Origin: Escherichia coli
GTDB lineage: Bacteria; Pseudomonadota; Gammaproteobacteria; Enterobacterales; Enterobacteriaceae
DNA: 64,000 bases
NCBI RefSeq assembly: GCF_044324785.1
Contig: NZ_CP172127.1
Direction: 5' to 3' (one strand)
The notes under the pieces were generated by a model. The model saw only the letters and a program-made list of their open reading frames with translations. It searched no databases and was not told the origin of the DNA. The position numbers were made by a program, and so were the translations under genes. This document shows, piece by piece, positions 53,214 through 64,000 of this stretch (position 1 is the first letter of the stretch; each line of letters begins with the position of its first letter).

Positions 53214-53917
53214 ACGCGTTCAATCCAACGCTCCAGAAGCTCCGGCAACATCAGCGCAATTTCATGAAGTAACTGCGTTCCCTGCCCTTGTTGATAGTGA
53301 CTGGCATCGCGACTGGTAAACAGCACGACACCCAAATCAGCATCGCTTCCCAGCATCGACATCGCCACCGATCCCACCGCTTTCGCTTCCGGTAGCACCA
53401 CCAGAAGCTCCGGTCCGTTAAGCGGCCCCAGATAGTGCTGTTCCTGCCCCAGACGCTGAATACGCAGCGGTTCGAAAGACTGACGGCTTAATGCCAGATG
53501 AGTGTGGTTCGACGGCGCACCTAAGCGCCAGCGATCTGGAAACAGCCGCAAACTCGCCCCTGCCAGGCCGAGATCGCGCGCCCAGCGGTGAAAGCGCATC
53601 AGCATATCATCGAGACTGCTGGCGGCGGTGAGACTACGCTGCAAGTAGAGTAAGCGATAAAACAGGCCTTCGTTGGCGATAGCCTGTTCCATCAACAGCG
53701 CCATGTTCTCTTCCAGAACATGAATATGATTACGTGCGCGGGCCATGTGCCATTCGACCAACGAAACGGTGCCGCGTACCGGATGCGGCACACGTATCGC
53801 TTCAACTGCGCGCGCATTGCGGATAAAAAACTCAGGATTTTTAATCAGATAATCGACAACCGCCCGGTCATCAAGCTCCGTGAGTGTTTCCTGCAGTTCT
53901 TCCCCTGGTTGCTTCAT
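53210..53917 (-). CDS. yigA: DUF484-family protein YigA
   Basis: 235-aa ORF; synteny between dapF and xerC. Confidence 0.85.
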
Positions 53918-54738
53918 AGATGAATAAATCCGTCGTAGACATGTACCGCCGGGCCAGTCATATATAACGGGTGACCCGGACCTTTCCAGGCGATATCAAG
54001 ACGACCGCCGGGGAGATCCACGCGTACTTCTTCGGCCAGCAAACCTTGCTGGATCCCTACCGCCACCGCCGCACATGCGCCGCTGCCGCAGGCCTGGGTT
54101 TCTCCTGCCCCACGCTCATAAACGCGTAAACGAATATGCTCGCGCTTAACCACTTGCATAAAACCGATATTGGCGCGCTCCGGAAAACGCTCGTGGCTTT
54201 CCAGAACAGGACCAAGCGTTTCTACCGCCGCGGTATCGACATCATCGACCTGAATCACGCAGTGCGGATTTCCCATCGACACCACGCCGCATAAGATTGT
54301 CTGCTCGGCGGCGCGCATAATATAGGTCTTTTCCGCTTTGTTAGCGCGAAACGGCACGGCAGAAGGTTCGAAGTTGGGTTCGCCCATATTTACGCGGACC
54401 AGATCATCATCGGTGACGGTAAGAACCATCCGCCCGTTGGCGGTGCTGACGCGGATATCGCGCTTATTAGTCAGCCCTTTCAGACGCACAAAACGGGCAA
54501 AGCAGCGTGCGCCGTTGCCGCACTGCGCCACTTCACTGCCATCAGCATTGAAAATGCGATAGTGAAAATCCAGTTCAGGATCATACGGCGGCTCAACCAC
54601 CAGCAGTTGGTCAAACCCTACCCCCAGGTGCCGATCAGCCAGGCGACGAATCAGCTCCGGTGAAAAAAAGACATTCTGCGTTACCGCGTCGACGACCATA
54701 AAATCGTTGCCAAGGCCATGCATTTTCGAGAACTGCAT
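53914..54738 (-). CDS. dapF: Diaminopimelate epimerase
   Basis: [17 protein letters not shown]..., 274 aa. Confidence 0.95.
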   Translation of the reverse strand: MQFSKMHGLGNDFMVVDAVTQNVFFSPELIRRLADRHLGVGFDQLLVVEPPYDPELDFHYRIFNADGSEVAQCGNGARCFARFVRLKGLTNKRDIRVSTANGRMVLTVTDDDLVRVNMGEPNFEPSAVPFRANKAEKTYIMRAAEQTILCGVVSMGNPHCVIQVDDVDTAAVETLGPVLESHERFPERANIGFMQVVKREHIRLRVYERGAGETQACGSGACAAVAVGIQQGLLAEEVRVDLPGGRLDIAWKGPGHPLYMTGPAVHVYDGFIHL

Positions 54739-54774
54739 CATTTACTCCAATCACGCGGGTACAGAAACTGACTT

Positions 54775-54978
54775 TTAGTAATTCACCTGGGATGGACCAT
54801 CGCCAGTGGCGCGGTCGTTTTTATCCGGCAACGTGGATTGCGTTTGCGTCTCTACCGGTTTGGTCGGCGGCGGTGTGTTTTTATCTGCAGGCGGGAAATA
54901 GAGCGGACCTTTCAGACCGCAGCCCGTCAGGCTGAAGAGAGTAAGTAATACAGTGAGTGCCTTAAACACGTTTTTCAT
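54775..54978 (-). CDS. yifL: Small lipoprotein YifL
   Basis: 67-aa ORF with lipobox LTGC and Pro-rich tail. Confidence 0.8.
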   Translation of the reverse strand: MKNVFKALTVLLTLFSLTGCGLKGPLYFPPADKNTPPPTKPVETQTQSTLPDKNDRATGDGPSQVNY

Positions 54979-55166
54979 TATGGATTGCCTGTAAAGTTCA
55001 TCGCTTTCTGCTTTCTATCATCGCAGGAGAAGGCGTAAAAGCAAGCGTTTAGCGACTCTTTATGAAGTCTGAAAAGTGAGGAAATGCTGCGAGTATAACG
55101 CTTACTCGTGGGGATTTATGTTTTGCTGGTAGTTTCGTGATCGGCACCTCGCGCCAGGATGGCTTT

Positions 55167-56645
55167 ATGCACTATCGCAATGTGGTTTGTTTGTTGTCTT
55201 GTTCGTTGTTTTTATCGTCGGCATGGGGATGTCGGCTTTCCGCGCCTGAACATAATATTTACCAGAAACAGGGAAAAGGCGTGGTATACCTGCGCCCTTA
55301 TAAAGAAACAAATCTTTCTCTTCCTGACGTGAATTACAAAAGTTTGCGTCGGTTACCCAATTTATTAATAGACCCGACAACACTAGACGAATGGGATAAA
55401 GAACCGCCTCTGACTGATTTGACAACCGACTACCTCTATGAAGGCGCACAGGCCTGGTATCCTCATTACTCCTGGCATAGCGATGGTCGCTATATCCTTT
55501 ACGCGGGTGAAGTTGTGCAAAACCCGCCAGACAAACCTCCCGTCGATGTCGCCTCGTTCAAGGCGTGGGGTGATTTTGCCGCAGATAAACACAGTCTCTA
55601 TTTCGAAGGCAAGCGCACCGATAACAATGGCGGGGGAAATAGCTTAGATATCAAAACACTGCATCAGGTGGAATTCCGGCCTCCCTGGAAACCTGACTTA
55701 CTGGGGCTGATATTACGTGACGCTAATTTCTTATATATCAATGGGCATCGCCTCGCTGACCCCGAGAGTTTCCGTGTGCTGGCGCAGAAGTCCTGGGATC
55801 AGCGAGGAAAGTTTTCTACCGCGTTTAATCCCTGTGTGGCTATGCCATTTGGCCCCTGGGATACCCTGGCTCGTACACGGACCAAAATCCTGATCAACGG
55901 CGAACAGCTTGATGCCGACCCGGACACCTTTTCCGTCGTGCGCTGGATGCCCGGCTCACTCTTGACCTGGCGTGATAAAAACGGGCTACAGCGTAAAGTC
56001 CTCGACAAGGAAAATCTGGCGTGGGATGAAGATTTAACAAAGCACTGTCTGGATTTTTCTCTGCTGGAAAAGAAAGTGTTCTGGCGTAAAGGGCCTGACT
56101 GTAAACAGGAAGAGTTACCGGGGCTCGATCCTGAACAGTTCCACCCCATCAGTGATGCTGTCGCCCAGTATCAGGATTCGCTTTATACCATCATCGAAAC
56201 AGAGTCTGGTGACCGCAAGCTGGAGATCGTGAAACTTGATGATCCCAATCTTATTATCAACAAACGTTTCAACGCCGGGAAACGCCACGGCTATTTACTT
56301 ACGCGTGCCGAAGGGTGGCCATACCATTCCGGTTTACACGTGTTTGAATCTGACGGACCGCTGATCTTACTGGATAACCGCTCTCCGGATGAACGCGAAG
56401 CCCATCTTAATGACCATCCCTTTTTGCGCAGATGGTATGCCCGCGATAACCGCTACATTTACAGCTTTGATGGCGCGCAGCTCTGGCGATACCGCATCGC
56501 TGATCCGAAACAAGTTCGCTTAATCTGGAAGGAACAACATTCGGGATATGGCTATGGCGTAAATTACAAAACGGGATATCTGGACGGAAAAATTACTGAT
56601 GACGGCGAATTTATTCCTGCCCCGCGCAATGAGGCGACAAAATGA
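55167..56645 (+). CDS. Secreted DKNYY-repeat family protein, paralog 1
   Basis: Signal peptide then repeated D-x-N/H-x-hydrophobic-Y-hydrophobic-x-G motifs (DKHSLYFEGKRT, DANFLYINGHRL, DNRYIYSFDG); an upstream GTG at 55137 is an alternative start. Confidence 0.65.
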   Translation: MHYRNVVCLLSCSLFLSSAWGCRLSAPEHNIYQKQGKGVVYLRPYKETNLSLPDVNYKSLRRLPNLLIDPTTLDEWDKEPPLTDLTTDYLYEGAQAWYPHYSWHSDGRYILYAGEVVQNPPDKPPVDVASFKAWGDFAADKHSLYFEGKRTDNNGGGNSLDIKTLHQVEFRPPWKPDLLGLILRDANFLYINGHRLADPESFRVLAQKSWDQRGKFSTAFNPCVAMPFGPWDTLARTRTKILINGEQLDADPDTFSVVRWMPGSLLTWRDKNGLQRKVLDKENLAWDEDLTKHCLDFSLLEKKVFWRKGPDCKQEELPGLDPEQFHPISDAVAQYQDSLYTIIETESGDRKLEIVKLDDPNLIINKRFNAGKRHGYLLTRAEGWPYHSGLHVFESDGPLILLDNRSPDEREAHLNDHPFLRRWYARDNRYIYSFDGAQLWRYRIADPKQVRLIWKEQHSGYGYGVNYKTGYLDGKITDDGEFIPAPRNEATK

Positions 56646-57952
56646 AGGGTCAAATAATCACAGTTGCACTCATCCTGTTGGGGCACACATTTCTGACACC
56701 TGCTGTACAGGCCATAGAGTTCGACTATTACAATGATCACGGTGTCATGTCTTACGGTAAAGGTTATTGGGGGGATAAGAAAATCATTGCCCAATTTCCG
56801 AAGATGAACAGGGCCGATTTGCGCCTTGTGAAAAATATATCCGGGGAGACGGATTATATACCTTCCGATGAAATGAGCATAAAAAATGAGGAATACCACT
56901 GGGTGACAGACGGCCACGTTATTCTCTGGCGTGGCAAAATCGTTAGCAATCCACCGGGAACACCCACTGTCGATATTGCCAGCTTTCAGGCTATGGGCCG
57001 CTTCGCGGTCGATAAATATAGCCTCTATTTTGACGGACAGCGCACCGAAAGTAATAGCGGCGCGTCACGTGTTGATCTGGCGACACTAAAAGCTATCGAA
57101 GGTAACTCTACCACGCTGGTGGATAGTAAAAATCTCTACTTGTCCGGTAGACGTCAGGGGAGCAGCAGTAATGTTACTGTATTAGAAAAAAGATGGTGGG
57201 GTATTAATCCACGTCTTATGAGTGTAAACAGAAATTTGTATTCCAATGATCTGCTTATCCGCAGTGGGCAGAATATTTATTTAAATGGCGTTCACCTTAC
57301 GGCGAATGCAGACTCATTTGAGATAATTCGCTGGATACCTCATTCACTGCTGGTTTTTCGCGATAATAAGGGTATGCATCGTTATCCCTTTGGGCAATTG
57401 TCTGGCAAAGCGATACCCGTAGATGATGACGTCTCTTTTGAAGTAGGAGAAAGTCGCGTTCGCTGGCGTAAACAGCTCACGCCCGACCGTCAGTGGAGCA
57501 AGTGGATAGACCTACCAGGTATTGAACCTGAACAATTCCATCTGATTACTGGCAATATTGCGCAATATAAAGATCGGTTGTATGTAACAAAATTATCGAC
57601 ATTTGGTGAAGACCAGCTTGAGATAATCCCGCTGGATACGCCAGACCTGGTCATTGATCGCTCATTTAATAGCGGCAAACAGCATGCTTATTTTATCCGC
57701 CAATTACGGTCAAAGAGCGTGCAAATTATTCCAGTTAACGGTCCGCTAACTAAAAACGATCGCTTCGCTTATGACGATCGCAATGTTTATACATGGACCG
57801 ATACAGAGGTAAGGATTACGCCCTCCCCCTGCCCGGCGAAAACACGCGTCAGAGAAGAGAATGTGCGTGAACTTCACAACAGAGACATTATTATTCCGTT
57901 GACGGATGAATCATGCCAGAACGCAGCAGACGAGCAAACTTTGAAGCCCTGA
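56642..57952 (+). CDS. Secreted DKNYY-repeat family protein, paralog 2
   Basis: Start overlaps paralog 1 stop (ATGA); signal peptide ...LTPAVQA; collinear similarity to paralog 1 (GKIVSNPPGTPTVDIASFQAMGRFAVDKYSLYFDGQRT vs GEVVQNPPDKPPVDVASFKAWGDFAADKHSLYFEGKRT). Confidence 0.65.
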   Translation: MKGQIITVALILLGHTFLTPAVQAIEFDYYNDHGVMSYGKGYWGDKKIIAQFPKMNRADLRLVKNISGETDYIPSDEMSIKNEEYHWVTDGHVILWRGKIVSNPPGTPTVDIASFQAMGRFAVDKYSLYFDGQRTESNSGASRVDLATLKAIEGNSTTLVDSKNLYLSGRRQGSSSNVTVLEKRWWGINPRLMSVNRNLYSNDLLIRSGQNIYLNGVHLTANADSFEIIRWIPHSLLVFRDNKGMHRYPFGQLSGKAIPVDDDVSFEVGESRVRWRKQLTPDRQWSKWIDLPGIEPEQFHLITGNIAQYKDRLYVTKLSTFGEDQLEIIPLDTPDLVIDRSFNSGKQHAYFIRQLRSKSVQIIPVNGPLTKNDRFAYDDRNVYTWTDTEVRITPSPCPAKTRVREENVRELHNRDIIIPLTDESCQNAADEQTLKP

Positions 57953-57999
57953 CCCCATGCCGCTATACTGCCGCCATCACTTAAAAACAGGATACAACA

Positions 58000-58320
58000 A
58001 TGAACGACAGTGAATTTCATCGCCTGGCTGATCAACTCTGGCTGACCATTGAAGAGCATCTGGACGACTGGGATGGCGATAGCGATATCGACTGCGAAAT
58101 CAACGGCGGCGTACTGACCATTACCTTTGAGAACGGTAGCAAAATCATTATCAACCGTCAGGAACCGCTGCACCAGGTGTGGCTGGCAACCAGGCAGGGC
58201 GGCTACCATTTCGACCTGAAAGGCGATGAGTGGATTTGCGATCGCAGCGGCGAAACCTTCTGGGATTTGCTGGAACAGGCGGCGACGCAGCAGGCGGGTG
58301 AAACAGTCAGTTTCCGCTAA
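58000..58320 (+). CDS. cyaY: Frataxin homolog CyaY
   Basis: 106-aa [36 protein letters not shown]... Confidence 0.95.
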   Translation: MNDSEFHRLADQLWLTIEEHLDDWDGDSDIDCEINGGVLTITFENGSKIIINRQEPLHQVWLATRQGGYHFDLKGDEWICDRSGETFWDLLEQAATQQAGETVSFR

Positions 58321-58359
58321 TATTGCATGCCGGATAAGCTTCGCTTTCCGGCACGCTCA

Positions 58360-60906
58360 TCACGAAAAATACTGCTGTAATAGCGGCGTGTCGTGATCCT
58401 GATTGGCAGGCGGCATGTTGCCGATAGATTTGGTGCGGAACGGAATCACCTGTTCACGACCATCAACCTTCACAATCTGATAGAACTGCGGCAGGTTGAA
58501 GTTGATGAAGCTTGAGCCGTAGGTAAAACGGTCGTGCGATGACGAGTAGAAGCGACTGACGTCACGCACCAGCTCCTCTTTGCTGCCTTCGCAGTGGTGA
58601 TACACCTCAACCCGGTTGCTTTCGTCGAGAATGTAGATATTAAAGCCATTCTCGTCTTGCGTTTCTTCGAAGAAGAACTGGATGATCCCTTCGCTGGCAA
58701 AGCCGTCCACCACCGCCGGTAATTTGACGTGATTGGTTTCAACCTGCACTGACAGGCCGTGCAGTTTGTTATGCGAAATAGCGCCATAAAACTCGATGGC
58801 GTTTTCCAGTTTCTGTACCGATACATTCAGGCGTTCGAAGAACAAGCCCCAGGTTTGACCAGAAACGCGCAGCGCCTTGAAACGTCCGGTTTCCTGGCGG
58901 GTGCTGGAAAGACGCAATTCAATACACTCAGAAACCAGTTGCTGCACGCGAGTACGGATTAAGCCGCGCAGATGCTGGCTGTAGCAGAAGACTTCCACGC
59001 TATCTGGCGGTGCGGCGTCCTGATGCATTTTGCCGAGAATAGTTTTCAGGGCTTCGATCATCGATTGCTCGCCGTTGAAGTGCAGCGTACGCACTTCGTT
59101 CCACGAGTTGCGGTACAGCAGGTCCACGCTACCCACCAGGCAATTTTGGTTTTCGCCAAAGCTGAAGACATCCAGCTTACGGAAATCAAAATGCACCACC
59201 TGATTGCGGAACGCAGCTGTCGGGTCATATTCCAGGTTAACGATAATCGCCAGATGGCGAATTTCACACGGGCTGTAGAGCGCTTTTGGCGTCGGTGCAG
59301 GCAGGCGCAGCGGGAAATGGTGTGACACATCGGCGACCATCTCCTGCAACTTAGGCAAATCGACAATGCCGTTACCTTTAATATACAAACGGGTACGCGA
59401 GGTCAGCAGGCCGTTAAACCATGCCCACGCCACCAGTTTATTCAGGTAACGGTTATATTCCAGCGGCTGATGGCTGATGATCGACTCAATATTTGGCGCG
59501 CGGTTATACAGATACCAACCTGAACGGTTAGCCCGGCCCGGCGGCACATAAATAAAGGTCAGATTCGGTTCCGAGAGATCGGGTGAAATCTGCGGGTTTA
59601 CCAGCGTCACTTTACCCGGCAATGCTTCAAACGCGGCATACAGCTTACGCGTCAGCACGCCGATATCCTGCGGACTGGCGGAGACGCTCAGGTTATTGCG
59701 ACGCGCAAAGCGGATCAGATTGCGGTAGCTCTGCATCATCGCGTCGAGCAACTCGTTGTGCGCCTCACGCACCTGATCAATCTTCCAGTTAGCGCGGTTA
59801 TCGAGCATTGCCAGACGCGCATCGTCCCATTCCCACTCTTTCACTAACTGGGTTAGCACTTCACGACGCCAGCCTACACAGGCGCGTTCACGGCTGAGTT
59901 TTTCGCACACTTTTAAATAGAAGCAGCGACGTACTAAATCCAGACGGGTGAAATCTTCAATCGCCGTCAGGTATTCAGTAACACGCTCCAGCATCATGCA
60001 GTACGGATCGAGGCCAAACGATACAATCTCGCCGTCGTGCAAACGCTGTTTGATATCTTTCGCCAGCAGTCGTGGGTTCGGGTATTCCCAGGAATAGGCT
60101 TCCAGCAGCAGTGTTTTCAGCACCGCTTTGTATGGGGAATCGATACTCTTATAGAGCTGCCAAAGGCTGGCACCAAAGTACTCTTCAGCAGAAAGTGAGC
60201 TTAAGCCACCGAGATCCAGCCATTCATTTGGCGTCAGCACGCCCTGCGCGTAAAGCGTCATCACATAGTCATCGTAATGCTCTTCTTCGTCGCACGGCAC
60301 CATATTCCACAGAATACGCTTACCGGCGAGACGCACGGCGGTACGATAAAATTCGTCAAGCAGCAGTATATGCTGGGTGGAGCCACAATCTTCGCCCCCC
60401 AGGCTGCCGCTTTCATTATGACGGAAGCGGTTTTCATCAATCAGGAAGAAGCTAACTTCCACGCCCAGCGAGGCGGCCCAGCTTTCCAGCAGGCTGCATT
60501 TACGTTGTAGTAACTGGCGCTCTTCGCTATCAAGCCAGGATTGATGACAGACCCAGATATCAAGGTCAGAGGAACAACTTTGCCCTACGGACGAGGTGCT
60601 GCCCATGGTGTATACACCAGTAATTGGAAGCTCACCTTTCGGCGGGTCCTGTACTGACATTCCACGATACAGTTCAAGCTCGTTCAGATAGTGGCGTTGA
60701 GTTTCATCAGGCGTGTAAAGGCAAATGCCTTTGGGAACGTTACCATCAAGGTAACCCGGCATTAGCGGATGGTGATAGTGCAACAATGTCGGCAGTAGAC
60801 TGTAGACCTGTTGGAATGCAGGCCCCATAGCAGCAAGCGCGCGATCCACACGCAATTGATTTATGGCATCCAGTCTCTGTTTCAGAGTCTCAATATAGAG
60901 GTACAA
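58360..60906 (-). CDS. cyaA: Adenylate cyclase (class I)
   Basis: 848-aa [32 protein letters not shown]... Confidence 0.95.
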   Translation of the reverse strand: MYLYIETLKQRLDAINQLRVDRALAAMGPAFQQVYSLLPTLLHYHHPLMPGYLDGNVPKGICLYTPDETQRHYLNELELYRGMSVQDPPKGELPITGVYTMGSTSSVGQSCSSDLDIWVCHQSWLDSEERQLLQRKCSLLESWAASLGVEVSFFLIDENRFRHNESGSLGGEDCGSTQHILLLDEFYRTAVRLAGKRILWNMVPCDEEEHYDDYVMTLYAQGVLTPNEWLDLGGLSSLSAEEYFGASLWQLYKSIDSPYKAVLKTLLLEAYSWEYPNPRLLAKDIKQRLHDGEIVSFGLDPYCMMLERVTEYLTAIEDFTRLDLVRRCFYLKVCEKLSRERACVGWRREVLTQLVKEWEWDDARLAMLDNRANWKIDQVREAHNELLDAMMQSYRNLIRFARRNNLSVSASPQDIGVLTRKLYAAFEALPGKVTLVNPQISPDLSEPNLTFIYVPPGRANRSGWYLYNRAPNIESIISHQPLEYNRYLNKLVAWAWFNGLLTSRTRLYIKGNGIVDLPKLQEMVADVSHHFPLRLPAPTPKALYSPCEIRHLAIIVNLEYDPTAAFRNQVVHFDFRKLDVFSFGENQNCLVGSVDLLYRNSWNEVRTLHFNGEQSMIEALKTILGKMHQDAAPPDSVEVFCYSQHLRGLIRTRVQQLVSECIELRLSSTRQETGRFKALRVSGQTWGLFFERLNVSVQKLENAIEFYGAISHNKLHGLSVQVETNHVKLPAVVDGFASEGIIQFFFEETQDENGFNIYILDESNRVEVYHHCEGSKEELVRDVSRFYSSSHDRFTYGSSFINFNLPQFYQIVKVDGREQVIPFRTKSIGNMPPANQDHDTPLLQQYFS

Positions 60907-61292
60907 GACGTATCGCCTGATTTGCTACCCGTCATGACTGTGATTCCGCCAACATCAACGGTAACACGCGGCATTCGGGATATTTCGTATGTCAAAGGTA
61001 ACCGTTACCACTTTTCGCGCCTGGTTTTTTTAGTTTCACGACGAAAAAATGGTCTAAAACGTGATCAATTTAACACCTTGCTGATTGACCGTAAAGAAAG
61101 ATGCGCTACATACAAGTGTAGCACCGTTTATTCTCTGTAAATTCCTTATTACGACGGCGTGAAACGCCTGTCAGGATCCACTGCCAGACCTCATTTTACG
61201 GTTTGCGCAGGCGTCTACGTTTCACCACAACACTGACATCGCTCTGGCAAGGATGTTAGGATGGACCACGGATGATAATGACGGTAACAAGC

Positions 61293-62234
61293 ATGTTAGA
61301 CAATGTTTTAAGAATTGCCACACGCCAAAGCCCACTTGCACTCTGGCAGGCACACTATGTCAAAGACAAGTTGATGGCGAGCCATCCGGGCCTGGTCGTT
61401 GAACTGGTACCGATGGTGACGCGCGGCGATGTGATTCTTGATACGCCGCTGGCGAAAGTAGGCGGAAAAGGCTTATTTGTAAAAGAGCTGGAAGTCGCGC
61501 TCCTCGAAAATCGCGCAGATATCGCCGTACATTCAATGAAAGATGTGCCGGTTGAATTCCCGCAAGGTCTGGGGCTGGTCACCATTTGCGAGCGTGAAGA
61601 TCCTCGCGATGCCTTTGTGTCCAATAACTATGACAGTCTGGATGCGTTACCGGCAGGCAGTATCGTCGGGACGTCCAGTTTACGTCGCCAGTGCCAACTG
61701 GCTGAACGCCGCCCGGATCTGATTATCCGCTCCCTGCGCGGCAACGTCGGCACTCGCCTGAGTAAACTGGATAACGGCGAATACGATGCCATCATTCTTG
61801 CCGTAGCCGGACTAAAACGTTTAGGTCTGGAGTCACGCATTCGCGCCGCGTTGCCACCCGAGATTTCTCTTCCGGCGGTAGGACAAGGTGCGGTGGGCAT
61901 TGAATGCCGCCTTGATGATACACGCACTCGCGAGCTGCTTGCCGCGCTGAATCACCACGAAACTGCACTGCGCGTTACCGCAGAACGCGCCATGAATACC
62001 CGTCTCGAAGGCGGATGTCAGGTGCCAATTGGTAGCTACGCCGAGCTTATTGATGGCGAAATCTGGCTGCGTGCGCTGGTCGGCGCGCCGGACGGTTCGC
62101 AGATTATTCGCGGTGAACGCCGCGGTGCGCCGCAAGATGCCGAACAAATGGGGATTTCGCTGGCAGAAGAGCTACTGAATAACGGCGCGCGCGAGATCCT
62201 CGCTGAAGTCTATAACGGAGACGCCCCGGCATGA
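61293..62234 (+). CDS. hemC: Porphobilinogen deaminase (hydroxymethylbilane synthase)
   Basis: [27 protein letters not shown]..., 313 aa. Confidence 0.95.
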
Positions 62235-62971
62235 GTATCCTGGTCACCCGCCCGTCTCCCGCTGGAGAAGAGTTAGTGAGCCGTCTGCGCACACTGGGGC
62301 AGGTGGCCTGGCATTTTCCGCTGATTGAGTTTTCTCCGGGTCAACAATTACCGCAACTTGCTGATCAACTGGCAGCGCTGGGGGAGAGCGATCTGTTGTT
62401 TGCCCTCTCGCAACACGCGGTTGCTTTTGCCCAATCACAGCTACATCAGCAAGATCGTAAATGGCCCCGACTACCTGATTATTTCGCCATTGGACGCACC
62501 ACCGCACTGGCACTACATACCGTAAGCGGACAGAAGATTCTCTACCCGCAGGATCGGGAAATCAGCGAAGTCTTGCTACAATTACCTGAATTACAAAATA
62601 TTGCGGGCAAACGTGCGCTGATATTACGTGGCAATGGCGGTCGTGAGCTAATTGGGGATACCCTGACGGCGCGCGGTGCTGAGGTCACTTTTTGTGAATG
62701 TTATCAACGATGCGCAATCCATTACGATGGTGCAGAAGAAGCGATGCGCTGGCAATCCCGCGAGGTGACGACGGTCGTTGTTACCAGCGGTGAAATGTTG
62801 CAGCAACTCTGGTCGCTGATCCCACAATGGTATCGTGAGCACTGGTTACTACGCTGTCGACTATTGGTCGTCAGTGAGCGTTTGGCGAAACTCGCCCGGG
62901 AACTGGGCTGGCAAGACATTAAGGTCGCCGATAACGCTGACAACGATGCGCTTTTACGGGCATTACAATAA
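62231..62971 (+). CDS. hemD: Uroporphyrinogen-III synthase
   Basis: 246-aa ORF overlapping hemC stop; hemCD operon. Confidence 0.9.
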
Positions 62972-62992
62972 CTCTCATAACAGGAAGCCATA

Positions 62993-64000
62993 ATGACGGA
63001 ACAAGAAAAAACCTCCGCCGTGGTTGAAGAGACCAGGGAGGCCGTGGACACCACGTCACAACCTGTCGCAACAGAAAAAAAGAGTAAGAACAATACCGCA
63101 TTGATTCTCAGCGCGGTGGCTATCGCTATTGCTCTGGCGGCGGGCGTCGGTTTGTATGGCTGGGGTAAACAACAGGCCGTCAATCAGACTGCCACCAGCG
63201 ATGCCCTGGCTAATCAACTTACGGCACTGCAAAAAGCCCAGGAGAGCCAAAAAGCCGAGCTGGAAGGCATTATCAAGCAACAGGCTACGCAGCTTGAACA
63301 GGCGAATCGTCAGCAAGAAACGCTGGCAAAACAGTTGGATGAAGTCCAACAAAAGGTCGCCACCATTTCCGGCAGCGATGCTAAAACCTGGCTGCTGGCT
63401 CAGGCTGATTTCCTGGTGAAACTCGCCGGACGGAAGCTGTGGAGCGATCAGGACGTCACGACCGCTGCAGCGTTGCTGAAAAGTGCAGACGCCAGCCTGG
63501 CGGATATGAATGACCCGAGTCTGATTACCGTTCGTCGGGCAATTACCGATGATATTGCCAGCCTTTCTGCGGTATCGCAGGTGGATTATGACGGCATTAT
63601 CCTTAAGCTGAATCAGCTTTCAAATCAGGTAGATAACCTGCGTCTGGCTGATAATGACAGCGATGGTTCGCCGATGGATTCCGACGGTGAAGAGCTTTCC
63701 AGTTCCCTCAGCGAATGGCGTATCAATCTGCAAAAAAGCTGGCAGAACTTTATGGACAACTTCATTACGATTCGCCGTCGTGATGACACCGCCGTACCGC
63801 TGTTAGCGCCGAATCAGGATATCTATCTGCGCGAAAATATTCGCTCTCGCCTGCTGGTCGCTGCACAAGCTGTACCGCGTCATCAGGAAGAGACTTATCG
63901 CCAGGCGCTGGAGAATGTCTCCACCTGGGTACGTGCTTACTACGATACTGATGATGCCACCACCAAAGCGTTCCTCGACGAGGTGGACCAGTTAAGCCAG
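62993..64000 (+). CDS. hemX: HemX (putative uroporphyrinogen-III C-methyltransferase-like membrane protein), 3' end runs off window
   Basis: ATG at 62993 ([19 protein letters not shown]...), TM segment [22 protein letters not shown] then Q/A-rich coiled coil; not in ORF track because there is no in-window stop. Confidence 0.85.
   Translation, partial: MTEQEKTSAVVEETREAVDTTSQPVATEKKSKNNTALILSAVAIAIALAAGVGLYGWGKQQAVNQTATSDALANQLTALQKAQESQKAELEGIIKQQATQLEQANRQQETLAKQLDEVQQKVATISGSDAKTWLLAQADFLVKLAGRKLWSDQDVTTAAALLKSADASLADMNDPSLITVRRAITDDIASLSAVSQVDYDGIILKLNQLSNQVDNLRLADNDSDGSPMDSDGEELSSSLSEWRINLQKSWQNFMDNFITIRRRDDTAVPLLAPNQDIYLRENIRSRLLVAAQAVPRHQEETYRQALENVSTWVRAYYDTDDATTKAFLDEVDQLSQ

Overview
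This window reads as an Escherichia coli-type chromosomal segment. Gene order is srkA-yihD-mobAB, then a complete rrnA-type rRNA operon on the minus strand (16S, tRNA-Ile, tRNA-Ala, 23S, 5S, T1/T2 terminators), then hemG-trkH-yigZ-pepQ-fadBA-fre-ubiD-rfaH-tatABCD-ubiB-ubiJ-ubiE-rmuC-udp-dlhH-metE-metR-yigM-yigL-pldB-rhtB-rhtC-recQ-pldA-yigI-rarD-yigFG-corA-yigE-uvrD-yigB-xerC-yigA-dapF-yifL-cyaY-cyaA-hemCD-hemX. All calls come from reading the supplied ORF translations and sequence by eye; no database search was run, and every comparison to the K-12 backbone is from memory. Against that backbone, several short insertions stand out. The most interesting is an AT-rich ~1.9 kb insert between dlhH and metE encoding an Hcp (type VI secretion tube protein) fused to a ~230-aa C-terminal extension of unrecognised family, followed by a small overlapping gene that may be its immunity protein; no other T6SS genes are in the window. 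A second candidate is a ~1.6 kb two-gene cassette between yigG and corA, bracketed by a diverged 143-bp direct repeat of the corA 3' end. Others are a 152-aa ORF between pldA and recQ, a tandem pair of DKNYY-repeat secreted proteins between yifL and cyaY, a secreted DUF62-like protein between yigE and uvrD, and an IS3-family element inserted in a REP unit just downstream of the rrn terminators.
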